NCBI GenBank assembly: GCA_964234715.1
Contig: OZ174289.1
Strand: one strand, 5' to 3'
Origin: Podarcis melisellensis
Taxonomy: Eukaryota
DNA: 64,000 bases
In this document: positions 39,075-50,993 of the stretch, piece after piece
How the letters are laid out: each line of letters begins with the position of its first letter
How positions within the stretch are numbered: the first letter of the stretch is position 1
Made by a program: the position numbers and the translations under genes
The notes under the pieces: model-generated
Seen by the model: only the letters and a program-made list of their open reading frames with translations
Told to the model about the DNA's origin: nothing
The model's database searches: none

Positions 39075-39370
39075 CTGAAAGGAGGGAAAGAAAGAAATCA
39101 GCTCAGTCTGGTCATACCAACTGCCTCCCAATAATTTTGCACTTTTCTTAATGCTCCTAATCACAGAGGCAGCTGGATTTGGGAAGGGGGGAGGGACCCA
39201 GCATGTGAATGTGCAATTTTGTGAGCATTATTTGTGGGTGGGTGAGTTGAATGGCAACATTCTGCACAGTTTTTCAGTTCTAATCTCCAAAAGGTGGCCT
39301 GTTAGAAACCCCAGAGATTTATGGTGTAGCCTGCACTTTCTCAGTCATAATATCTGTCCCTCCCAACATA

Positions 39371-40225
39371 CCGTATTTTTCGCACCATAGGGCGCACCGG
39401 ACCATAGGGCGCACCCAGTTTTTTGGGGGGGAAATAAAGGGGGAAAAATTATTTTCCCCCCCAGGTGCGGGGCTGGGGCGGGGGAGGCTAGAGCTTCCCC
39501 CGACCCCAGCCCTCAAACAGGCAGCTCTCCGCAAGCAGCGGGAGCGCTCCCGCTGCTTGCGGAGAGGTCCGCGAAGCCTGGACACGCTGAGCTCAGCGCG
39601 CCCAGGCTTCGGCATGCAGGCACCTCTCCGCAAGCAGCGGGAACGCTCCCACTGCTTGCGGAGAGGTCCGCGAAGCCTGGACGCGCTGAGCTCAGCGCGC
39701 CCAGGCTTCGGCATGCAGGCACCTCTCCGCAAGCAGCGGGAACGCTCCCGCTGCTTGCGGAGAGGTCCGCGAAGCCTGGACGCGCTGAGCTTAGCGCGCC
39801 CAGGCTTCGGCATGCAGGCACCTCTCCGCAAGCAGCGGGAACGCTCCCGCTGCTTGCGGAGAGGTCTGCGAAGCCTGGACGCGCTGAGCTCAGCGCGCCC
39901 AGGCTTCGGCATGCAGACACCTCTCCGCAAGCAGCGGGAACGCTCCCGCTGCTTGCGGAGAGGTCCGCGAAGCCTGGACGCGCTGAGCTCAGCGCGCCCA
40001 GGCTTCGGCATGCAGGCACCTCTCCGCAAGCAGCAGGAACACTCTGGGCTCCTGCTGCTTGCGGAGAGGTGTGCGAAGCCTGGAGAGCATGAGGGGTTGG
40101 TGCGCACCGACCCCTCTCACTCTCCAGGCTTCAGCGAAAGCCTGCATTCGCACCATAGGACGCACACACATTTCCCCTTCATTTTTGGAGGGGAAAAAGT
40201 GCGTCCTATGGTGCGAAAAATACGG
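39371..40225. mobile_element. Intact non-autonomous Tc1/mariner-superfamily (Tc2-like) DNA transposon carrying an internal tandem array
   Basis: 27-bp TIRs CCGTATTTTTCGCACCATAGG(G/A)CGCAC with 1 mismatch; TA duplication at 39369-39370 and 40226-40227; no transposase. Confidence 0.9.
39525..40132. repeat. 99-bp CpG-rich minisatellite (5 full units plus 1 diverged unit), each unit made of two palindromes
   Basis: 'ctctccgcaagcagc' starts at 39525, 39624, 39723, 39822, 39921 and 40020. Confidence 0.95.
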
Positions 40226-41876
40226 TAATATGATTATACTACGGATGAGTTTTATTCGCATGGGAATTTTTAAATGTTCCCCTACTCAGAAAAGAAAGTT
40301 TGTTTGGTTTTTGGTATATAATCAAATGTGTTAGAAAGAGTGTAAACTTCTGTCTTTGCTTCTCCTTTTTTCCCTTTTGGGTAGACACATTGCCACCCAG
40401 TGACAGCTTCATTAAAATTCTCTATTTCTCAGTTGTTTTCTCTGTGTGACAACCAATTCTCTACTAGAAAATATAAAAAAGGAGAGCACCCTTCAAAATG
40501 AACCAGGCAGTTTTGTTCTCCTGAACCTAAAGGAAAATATCCCAAGTAACACATTTATCACAGAAGGCCCCAAAACAGCATTAATATAAAAGCAGGAAGC
40601 TCTGTCTGGATAAGCAACTTCCTAGGTCATTCTGAAGCTGTTTTTTTTGTGGGGGGGGGGGGGGAGTCTTCCCTGATATGTGTATAACTTTAAATTTCAC
40701 CATAACATTCTTCATTCACAGCTGCACCTGCCAATTATTAAAATAAATAATTGTACCTCTATAGGAATGGCTTTATTGTTTTCAGAGTTTGTAGAAATAG
40801 TTCAAATTATCTTTATAATTTGTGCGTTACCCTGTTTTTACCTTGTATGCCACTTCCAATGGCCTTGGGGCTGTGGAGATTTTTATAAATTTGCAGAAGA
40901 GATAAAGACACAGAGAAGCTGAATGGTGGGGAGCAGGCTTATATTGATAAATTGCCTCAAACAGTCTGCCCATTTTTGCTTTGAAGCACTCATTCTGCAA
41001 GTGCTAGAGATGTATGTGGCCCTTGCATTTGTAAGTCCAAGGCTTCATGCGCTCCCTCTAAGGGAGATGCAGAGGCCAGCAACACAAGAACAGGCCTTTT
41101 CAGTGTTGACTCCCCAACTGTGGAGTGCTTTTTTCAGAAAGGGCACCAGGCACCATCATTATCAGAAGAGCCTGCTTTCTTAGGCTACTGCCCCATTTAG
41201 CCCGACATCCTCTTCTCACAGTGGCCAACCAGTGGGAGATGCCTATGGCAAGAAGGACCTGGGCGCAAGAGCGCTCTTCCCACTTGTGATTCACATCAAC
41301 TGGAATCCAGAGGTATACTGTGCCAGGTGAATATTTAGGTGCCAGAAAATGTTCCTGTTTGGTTCATAACTGGGATCATTAGGGTACAATACCTTAGTCT
41401 GTTTTTGGTGTTCCTCTTTTAGCAGGATTCACGCTTTTATACTATTTCAGAATTAGCACTTCTCAGTAAATAATGCTGTGTTCGTTTCATGTTGTTTTAA
41501 ATCTTCGTAGGTTTTCCACAAGTTACAACATTTTTTGAATTTATTTTGAATTTATTTTTTTGTAGCAAGCAATGACTTAAGATTTCTTTTCCTAAACGAA
41601 AGTTCAGAAACAGGCCTCCCTTTGCTCCTCTCTCGGTGATGCTGCTTATAGCCAGTCCATAAGCTTCACTCTCATTGCCCATCACAAGGGTTGATATTGT
41701 TGAACATCCACATTCTCTGCACCCATTTTGAGTCCTTGGCAGACCTCTTCTGCAGGGTTATCAGCTGGCTCCTTCCCAAGCCCAGACACACCAACTACCT
41801 GGGGCTGAGACCTGCAAGTTGGAGAGACAAGCGGACCTTTCCTACTCCCTACCACAGACCCTCACCCCCCACGCAC

Positions 41877-42023
41877 CTTGGAGCAAGCTCTGTAGATTGA
41901 GTTCAGCTTCATGATGAAGCTCCTCCACCCCAACAGGACGGGCCAAGAAGATATTCACAGGCTGGTGCCATAGCAGCTTGGGAGGAGTGGGTTTCTTGAC
42001 GTCCAGGTCTATGTTAGAAGTCG
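41877..42023 (-). CDS. NHSL2: NHS-like 2, first exon visible in the window (probably exon 2; end of NHS/WAVE-homology region)
   Basis: cttttctccccag acceptor, G|gtgcgt donor, 147 bp, phase 1-1. Reads TSNIDLDVKKPTPPKLLWHQPVNIFLARPVGVEELHHEAELNLQSLLQ, matching the NHS-family 'SNLD...WHQ..NIFL..RP..VEELH' motif. Confidence 0.93.
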
Positions 42024-42269
42024 CTGGGGAGAAAAGATAGCCAGAGGGTGAATCACAGCCCCAGGCAGGGATTCTAGAAATACAAAGAGGTCTTAAGGCC
42101 TGTCCATGCTATACGTTCAAACCAGTTTCAAACCAGTTTAGCCACCACAGCTCCAATACCCTGCTTTCTGCAGCAATCCAGATCTGCCATGGGGAGCCCA
42201 CCAGCAGTCTCTCCAGCTGTTGCAAGTGGCATTCAGACGCTTGCTGCTTGCAATGCTGGCCATTGTAGA

Positions 42270-42511
42270 CAGTGGTACCTCTGGTTACGTACTTAATTCG
42301 TTCCGGAGGTCCATTCTTAACCTGAAACTTTTTTTAACCTGAGACACCACTTTAGCTAATGGGGCCTCCTGCTGCCGGTGCGCTGCCGGAGCACGATTTC
42401 TGTTCTTATCCTGAAGCAAAGTTCTTAACCCAAGGTACTATTTCTGGGTTAGCGGAGTCTGTAACCTGAAGCACCTGTAACCTGAAGCATCTGTAACCCG
42501 AGGTACCACTG
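42270..42511. mobile_element. Tigger-like (Tc1/mariner) MITE
   Basis: CAGTGGTACCTC...GAGGTACCACTG|TA; same family as 18602-18816. Confidence 0.85.
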
Positions 42512-43333
42512 TATAGCCATCATGACTAGCTGCTGTGGACAGCCTCATCCACCACCCATTTGCCTAACCCCCCTCCCCTTACAACAATCAATCTCCGTAC
42601 ATCACCCCCTGCCCCAAACATTCCATACATATGCACAGGGGCAGCGTGCCCCATTTCACTGCTTGAGGTGAAACAGGAACTGCTGCTTTGTTCCTGCTGC
42701 TGCTGTTCCTGCTGCTGCTGCCACTGGCGGCAGGACATGCAGGGCACCTACAGGCATGCCGCTTGGGTGTGTGCGTTTGTGTTTCTTCTGCCTGAAGCAG
42801 CAGCCTCACATACCTCATGGTTGGGCCGGCTCTGCATATAAGATGCAAACGATACAGTAAACATTAAGCTGGGTTGTATAATAGCTTATAGAGTTGATTC
42901 TATCCGCTAGCTGTCTTCTATTCTCTGTTTTAACAGATTTCCGCAGAGTGGGCTGTGGGTGGACTGTCCTTTCCAGTGCACTGAATGAACGGGTACCATA
43001 CAGTTTCAAAATAATTATTTGGTTTTTGTGTTTCTTAGTGCTCTAAGATGACTCCTTAGTTTCCCCATAAGTGGTATGTTCCACAGTCCTTCCTATCATG
43101 TCTCTAGAGTTGTTATTAGTTGTTATCCAGTATTGTGTTAATATATTTCTGCTGCAGGCATGAAAAGAGATTAGTAGTTCCTTAAACAGTAATCTATAAA
43201 CGGATTTAATACAGTTAGCCTCAGATTAGATTGTCCCACTTCTTCGTGATATATCATGTGGCAGTGAGTTCCATCAGTTCCCCTTTTGCTGCCTATCTGG
43301 AATCTTCTACCCTTTCATTTCACTGGATATCCC

Positions 43334-43479
43334 NNNNNNNNNNNNNNNNNNNNNNNNNNNNNNNNNNNNNNNNNNNNNNNNNNNNNNNNNNNNNNNNNNN
43401 NNNNNNNNNNNNNNNNNNNNNNNNNNNNNNNNNNNNNNNNNNNNNNNNNNNNNNNNNNNNNNNNNNNNNNNNNNNNNNN
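43334..43479. other. Assembly gap (146 N)
   Basis: Run of n. Confidence 1.
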
Positions 43480-44556
43480 GTTAAGCCTCACTCTGGCTTT
43501 CCTTCACATGAGAGCTAGAAAGCTGTGTTGACTGAAAGAAAATACCCATTCCTCATGTCATTTGCCAAACCTAACTGTTAGCATTAAGAATGAGCAAATG
43601 TTAATTTTCTCATTTTTCTAACCTTAAGTTCAGCTCACCATATTTCCATTATCAGTTCGAATATTTTTATTAAAAACATTAACAACTCACGAAAATCCAT
43701 CAGCTTCCCAGTGCCAATTTCTCCTAATAGATATACACCGGTATGCAGTTTTTCCTAATAGACACATTTTTTTAAAAGCAATTTCCCCAAACATGATGAA
43801 AGAATCAGAGTGGGAAGGGACTCTAGTGGTCATGTAGTCCAACCCCCTGCAATGCAGGAAATCTGCCCACAGCCATCTCTAGGTGGGCTCAAACTACCCA
43901 CCTTCTGAATGACACCCAGACACATTGGTTTTTCACTTAACAGATGCATTTATATGCACACTTTTGATGGTATATGCATTTTCGAACACATTACTTGGCT
44001 GGAGAACTGCATTGCAAAATTCACAGAGCGGTGCTCCTTTCGAAAGATGGCTGAGCTTTCAGCCTGCACATTGTTAAGAAAAGCATGAATTAGATGAGTG
44101 TGCCTTTAAATGCAAGCTGAATCAAATTTCTCCCACATCCCTAGTTAGCATTGTATAATGTGCGAACAGAGCAGAATGGTCCTTCCTGCACCAACGTGTC
44201 CTTATGCCAACTGTCTGTTCCCTGTTCTCCAGGCACAAAAGGCACGCTTCCCTCCTCATCAACACTCTCCCAGGTTGATGGGTTTCTTTGTTGCTGAGCC
44301 CCGGAACCACCATGCAAACGGCACGATGAGTTAGAAATAATTGCACTATTTTGTGGTGGTAGGAGTGTGTTATTGTGCTTTCCTCTGAAGAGCTCCCGTG
44401 GGGGGTGGGGAGAGAAGGGGCCTATTTAGGGATGCAATGGGCAAATCCTCCCAGGGCACCCTGGCATAACCTGCCAGCATCATCGATAAGGGCAGAAGCT
44501 AATTGCTGGAGGTAAACCCCCTTCATTATACAGAACACAAGGAAAGAACACATGGA

Positions 44557-44738
44557 GACAGAAACACAGAATAATGTCTAATGCAGTACTGAGTCACACC
44601 AGTGTTGTCAATAGTGGCTGGCAGAAGCTCTCCAGGATTTCTCCGGGGGTCTTTTCCCAGCCCAAACTGGAGATGCCGGGGATTGAACCTGGGACCTTCT
44701 GCATGCAAAGCAGATGCTCTGACACTGAGCCACGGCCG
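44557..44738 (-). mobile_element. tRNA(Ala-like)-headed SINE
   Basis: Reverse complement gives ggccgtggctcagtgtcagagcatctgctttgcatgcagaaggtcccaggttcaatccccggcatctccag, with A and B boxes and a TGC anticodon loop. Confidence 0.8.
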
Positions 44739-46436
44739 TTCTGCTGTGAAATGGCACCTGGTGGGCTGGAGGCCAAGTCATAAGGCTACTCCGCATGTAG
44801 TTAGGAGCACACACTTTCTCCTGTCCAGATAGCATCACATCTGCAGGGCACGTGTGTGTGTGTGTGTGTGTGTGATCTCTCCCTTGCTACTTCAGCCAAA
44901 GCTTTTAATTTTACAGCCAGAATGCTTTGCAAGGCATTTCCTGCCCACATTTACCCACAGTAGCCAGCAGATGGTGTAATTAGCTGTCCAAAGGCCAATT
45001 TCCGTAACAGGCTGGCAGCTCCTCACTTAGTATGTGGTGCTCATCTCTGGTTTTGAGCCAGCCTGCTTCACAGGGAAGCTCTCAGACCCAGGAGCCATTC
45101 TTTTTATTAGTTAAGTGATGGGAGGGTGGAGTTCTGTACATGCTCATTTTTTTTATTACTTTCCATTACAGACAGGACCCAATTTTAAAGAGCTCTTGGC
45201 CAGTTAGGCTGAAAAAGAGGACAGGGACTCTCCACCTTTAATACCTGTGGAGCTCCTGAACAACTATTAAATGTGCAGGAACCCTGAAACTCTTTTGTAT
45301 CTGGTCACATTGCAGATATCTAATTTTATGTTTGGTGGTGACTAAAAATAGTTGTTGGTGTTTTTGTTTTTGGTGGGAAGAGTGGTTTTTTTATCTTTTA
45401 AGTGATGCACAAGTGTGTTCTATGAAGGACACCCTCTCGTTTTAATGCCTGTTTTGTATTTTGGAAAGCATATTTGTTAGCCAATGTCAATTGTTTTAAA
45501 ACTTGTTTAAAAAACAAAGATGAAGAAGAAATAAGGTGTTGTTGCATTTTATGATGAATTGAAGAGGCCTTGCTTCCCTGTGTGTGTGTGGGGGGGGGAC
45601 ACCTCTCCTAAGATGGAGTTTGCCATCTGCAGTTTTTGTAAGCTGCTATTTTTATCTGCTGATTTGAGATGTGTTTGTACTGCTGAAGGCTCCTCCCTGC
45701 TTCATTTCCTACAATCTTATCTGTTTGAAAAACAAATTGCAAAAGGTTATTTTGAATAAAACGGAGGGGGGGCGGGGACATCTGGTCTGCAAGGCAAACT
45801 TGGCCCACCAGGAGTTTGAGGCTGGTTTCCCCAAACCACACCCACCCATCTTATGTCAGGTGTGTGGGCAGGTAGTCACAGCTGCCAACAAACTATCAGG
45901 ATCCTTGATGTGCACAATTAAGTTTTGGCAAGGGAAAGCAGGCTTCAGTTCTGGCTCTACTGTTAGAGGACATTCGGCACAGAAACATGTGTGTATACCT
46001 TTAAGAAGTTTCTGGGATTAATTGGCTGCAGGTGACCGTTGCTATAAAGGAAAAAGCTGAGTTTTGTTGCTTTGCCTGCAGGAATAACATCCACCAGAGC
46101 TTGTGTTTATTTGTTTAGTAATAAAGTCTTCGTTTTTCCGTTTGGTGTTTTTACACCTATGTCTCCTGGAGTCACTCTGTCCTCTGCCACCGGCTGGCAT
46201 CCCCCTCCAATATCTACTGCCCATCATCTGTTGGAGCCAAAAAGCACTGGATCATATTCCCTGCAGAGACCTGAAATGCACAACCCTCCTCCCTGGGTTT
46301 GCAAAATGACTTCAGGACTTCAAAGCACCCAATCACCTGGCACCCATGTGACACTGTGACTGACCCCTGGGCGCAGTCCCACCCACCTGTCTAATTTTGC
46401 CCACAAGGGGTATGATCAGGTAAAGCCCACAGGGCC

Positions 46437-46437
<1 letters not shown>

Positions 46438-46486
<49 letters not shown>
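46438..46486. repeat. (TAA)n microsatellite
   Basis: Direct read. Confidence 0.95.
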
Positions 46487-46487
<1 letters not shown>

Positions 46488-46769
46488 TCTTATTATTATT
46501 AAAAACCCCACTTCTTAATAAGTATTAGTAATAAAGAATAAAAACACCCAGATTTTAAAAAAATCTGTTGCTGAGTTAAATTGCACCAATTAGTCAATCC
46601 AAAGATTTTAATTGATTTAAGCCAGATTGTTTTATAGTGCTGAGCTAGAATATAGGAAGTTGCCTTTATACTAGGGCTAGCATATGTTAGCTACTTGATA
46701 GAGAACACTCTTATATTTGAAGGCATGCCTGGTTCTGGTTTGGTTTAAAGATTAAAAAAAACTGCAAAA

Positions 46770-46815
<46 letters not shown>
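46770..46815. repeat. (AG)n/(GACA)n microsatellite
   Basis: Direct read. Confidence 0.9.
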
Positions 46816-46818
<3 letters not shown>

Positions 46819-48320
46819 GGAAGGAGCTTTGAAGCTGCTCAGCTGCTAGCATCGGATCAGACACCCAGGTCAAGTGCCCATAGTCTTCCTCAACATGATG
46901 AGATCTACTGCAATTCTTTTTGAATAACAGCAAGGACTTCCATTTTTGCATCTACATACATAAATTATCACATGCAAAGTGTATGCAAGCCTTTAGGCGG
47001 TGCATAATTGGTCATTCTACTTCCTGTGGAGCCAAATAATGTTCTGTGCAGTCCAGTATAATCCACGACGGAGGTTGGGAACCATAGGATGCAGCCCCCA
47101 GGTCTGTTTTGTCACTGGGATTCTGCCCAAGTCATACACTCATATCCCAGGCCACACCCGTCTCCTCAAGCTACGCCTCTCATTCCCTCAGCTTCATGGT
47201 CAGGTCAGAGGGGGCCAAGCGGCAGTGGACCTGCACCATGCTAGACCGTCATGTGACTGTTGAGGAGGAGCACCAGCGAGAGGGAAGGAAGGAGGAGGCA
47301 AGTGAAGAGGAGGTCACTTCTTCCTCCTTCTCTCTATGCTTGCTCACACCCGGCTGGGCTCATCAGCTGCCGCAACAGTGACACAACCGCCATTTTGGTT
47401 CTGGCCAAGCTCAAATACAGTAATAAAGGTGTTGTGTTTGAAGTCCCAATGGGTCTGGGGACACTTTTGTCCAAAAACAGGGCAACCTCATTTTTCTAGG
47501 GACCAGTGGCAACCCTATTCATGGCCTCTACAAGTGCTCTTGTCTAGCTGGAATACTATGACAATGCCTGGATGGAGAGAGGTTTGTGTAGGTGTAGGAA
47601 CATGTGGCTTTGGCATGGAATGTATCCTGCTGCACAAATGTAAGAGGCCTATTTCTTGCTATGCCCACTTTTGGGCTCTGGCCTCACCCCTGGAAGTGTG
47701 GTTGAAATTAATAAGCTACCCTGGTCTACTGGCAGTAGCTCAGTAGAGATAGGGCTTTTTCCAAACCCAACCTGGTGGTGCTGAGGATTAAAGCAGGGAG
47801 TTCCTGCATGCAGAACATGCTCTCCACCACTGAGCCACAACCCATTCCAGAACAGCCTGGAGAAAATAATCCTTGCAAAACATTCTGTTTTTTCCTTGCA
47901 CCCTTGTCTCCAGTGGCTTTGCAGCAAAAGCCCCAGCGGTTTGGCTTCAGAGAAACCACTGTGCAGGCAAAAAGAGGATTTCCTTTTGCTAACAGTTTCC
48001 TGCCTGTTTTTCATGAAGATATGGCCCAAGAATGGGGGAGTGGAGACTGACTCTACAGCTGGGCGATCCCCCCCCCCTTCTCTGGAGTTTCAGGAAAAGG
48101 GCTCAGAAGTTTCAGCTCTCAGGAGACCCAGCTCCATTACCATGCCACTGGTAGGATTTTTGTGGCCTTTGGTCAGGGAACCTCTAGCAAAAAAAACACC
48201 CTATCATCTGTGCTCATTTGCAGAGAATACGCCAGCAGTTAAAAGAAAAAGGGGGAAGTGATGGAGCTTTAAGATGCCTTGTCATGCCCTGAAGTCTCGC
48301 ATCACAGTGGAACAAATGCG

Positions 48321-48357
<37 letters not shown>

Positions 48358-49814
48358 CCCTTCGCACTTCTAGGCAACTAATGTCCTGACACTGTTCCAC
48401 GCACCAAAAGAGTGCCACAGCAGTGCATTTCCATGAAATCCATCCCATAAATTTCCTGCACAATTCAAGGAGGACAGTGGCTCTTGGTGGAGGAGGGTTA
48501 CCCTCCATGCTGGAGGTGTTTTTGAAGCCGACTGCGTTCCATGGGCAGCAGCCTAATAAATTTTGGCACTTGGAAGTGAAAAACCTGATTCGCAGCCACC
48601 TTCAAAATGCTTGCCAAGTCCTCACCCAAATCTGGTGGTGCAGACCCACCTGTCCCCATGTGGAAAAGTGCACCATCAAAACAGCTTCTCCATCACCTTG
48701 GCGCACCAGAAGTTAGCTTTACCAACCAAATTACATCCTGCGGTTGTAACAGGTTTCATGTAAGGCTGTGCATACCAGATCACTTTTTTTAAAAAACAAA
48801 CAAACCCTAGTTCTATTGTGTTTGTATAAATAAAACTCAAGTCATTGAGAACTTGCTAGTTCTTTAATGAATCACCTAATGAGTTGCTAGAGGCAACCAC
48901 CACATGGTACATAGTGGAGCTGACCCTGCTTCCCATCCAGACAAGTAGAGTTGGATGCCATCATTTCATTTATTTTATTTCATGAATTTACATCCTAGTT
49001 TTTGATACTTTTTTTGCATTTCCTGGAATTTTGTCCTGCTGAAGGAGGATGCTTCTCAGTTCACAAGGTAGTTTTGTGACTCATGCACAGCAAAATTAGA
49101 TGGTAGAGGCCTGAGGTGGTAGAATGGACTGTACCGCTTCAGGGGACAAGTGAGGACCACATCATTTAATCTTTCTTTTTTTTTTTTTTAAGGAACAGAG
49201 TTTTAAATGCTTGTGTGTGTGTGTGTGTGTGTGTATGTGTGTGTGTGTATAAAACAACCAACCAACCATCCAAAAAGCTCCTCTCAAGCAGAAAACTAGG
49301 ACAGCAGGGAGATAGGATCTCTGATGTGTTAAGAAATAAAATATTGCAGGGGGTATTGTTCTCTCTTGCTCTCTGACATGGGGAAGCATTGAAAAATGGC
49401 CCTCTCCAACTGCCGCCTGAAATATTATAGTCCACTCTACCATCTCATTCTGCTGTATCTACAGAAAGGATGCATTCATCCCATACACTTAAAGCACATG
49501 CCTTCCACCCCCAGAATCCTGGGAATTGTAGCTTTGCCAGGGTAAAGTACAGTTCCTAGTTTTCTTTGATCATGTGCTCCAAGTGTATGGTGCGTAGGCA
49601 TAAACTCCCTGTAAACACTGCATAAGCAAATCAGGATGAATGATCCACTAAACAGATTGCCTGTTCACTATATTGCACACCTTGTATTTAAAGCACATCC
49701 TCCCAACAGAATCCTGGGAATTGTCATTTGTTAAGGGTGCTGGGAATTGGAGGCAAACTACAGTTCCCAGGATTCTTTGAAGCCATTTAATTTAAATGAA
49801 TGGCATGTACTATC

Positions 49815-50285
49815 CAAGTCCTATGAAGGAGTTGGGTATGCTTAACCTACAGCAGAGATAACTGAGGAGAAGGCATGATAACGCTCCTCATTAAACTCAT
49901 TAAATGCCGTCACATACAAGTGGGCAAAGACCTATTCTTGGATGCCCTGGAGGGCAAAACTAGGCTCACAACCACATTTAAAGCATACGGCTCCCTGACC
50001 AGAGAATCGTGGGAACTGTAGTTCACCCCTCCCAGAACTACAATTCCCACCACCCTTCACAATCTAGTTTCCAAGACTCATTGGGAGAAGCAATGCGCTT
50101 TAAATGTAAGTGAGTCTGGATCTAACGAGCTGAGGTCACTGGAAAGTAGTGGTTGATTGAGCCTCAGGAAATACACCTTGGTAGCAGGTGAAGTTAAGAC
50201 CAATTGCCTAGAGCAGTGGCTAAGCTTTCCCTTGCCAGAGGTGTTCAAGCAGAAGCTGGGCAGCCATATTTTGGGGATGGCTCTT
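49815..50285 (+). mobile_element. Old CR1 3' fragment interrupted by a palindromic MITE (about 49965-50115)
   Basis: 'cctatgaaggagttgggtatgcttaacct...agagataactgagg' before the insert and 'caattgcctagagcagtgg...gaggtgttcaagcagaagctgg' after it are CR1-like. Confidence 0.55.
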
Positions 50286-50922
50286 GCACTGAGCAGAGGT
50301 GAGGATAGAGTCAGAGATGGGAAGGGGCTGCAAATATAATTAAGTCCAACCCCCTGCGATGCAGGACTCTTTTGGCCCAACGTGGGGCTTGAAACTGCAA
50401 CCCTGAGATTAATAGGAGTCTCATGCTCTACCAACTGAGCTATAGCCTTCGAAATCTCTCAAGCTCTATAATTCTATGACCATGTAAGAGAGTGGACACA
50501 GGCCCCCCTGTCCTACTCTAGCACTGTCATGTCTGCAATACCCCCACATTTCCTGCAAAAATGTCTGGAAACCAAAGAAAGGGAAACAAAGGCTGGAAGA
50601 ATCTGATCTAAGGTTGCCAACCTCCTTCCACAGCAGGGCTTTGCCACCTTCAAAGGCTTGCACACCAAATTCGGACATTAGAACAGGTTATATAAATTGG
50701 GCCATGGTCTCCCCAATTTCTCTTACAGCACCTATATGCACAGTATTATTATCACCCATTATCTCCGGTTCCACATCCCTTTGTTTCCATTACAGGAATG
50801 TACTGGGGGGGGGGGTTACCTGCCCCCACACTGAAAGGCTACTGGAACAACGGGGTTTTCACCAACTTGCAGTCCAGAAGGAAATGTTCTGCCTCCTGCG
50901 CCCACTTGCCGTTTGAATTCAG

Positions 50923-50993
50923 GTTGCCATAGCAACCTGACATAATGGAAGACTTCCCCCCTTTTAAATAATTTGACTTGTTGCCATGCCAAC
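50923..50993. promoter_or_regulatory. Pair of RFX X-box-like motifs
   Basis: GTTGCCATAGCAAC (50923-50936) and GTTGCCATGCCAAC (50980-50993). Confidence 0.5.

Noticed and set aside
39525-40132. CRISPR-like array of palindromic repeats
   Set aside because: Units are essentially identical with no unique spacers, there are no cas genes, and the context is a vertebrate intron.
39319-40228. Long ORFs (262, 223 and 168 aa) with 33-aa repeats
   Set aside because: They result from a GC-rich 99-bp (3n) stop-poor repeat open in several frames on both strands inside a MITE; no splice or domain evidence.
43231-43531. ORFs spanning the N run
   Set aside because: Artefacts of the assembly gap.
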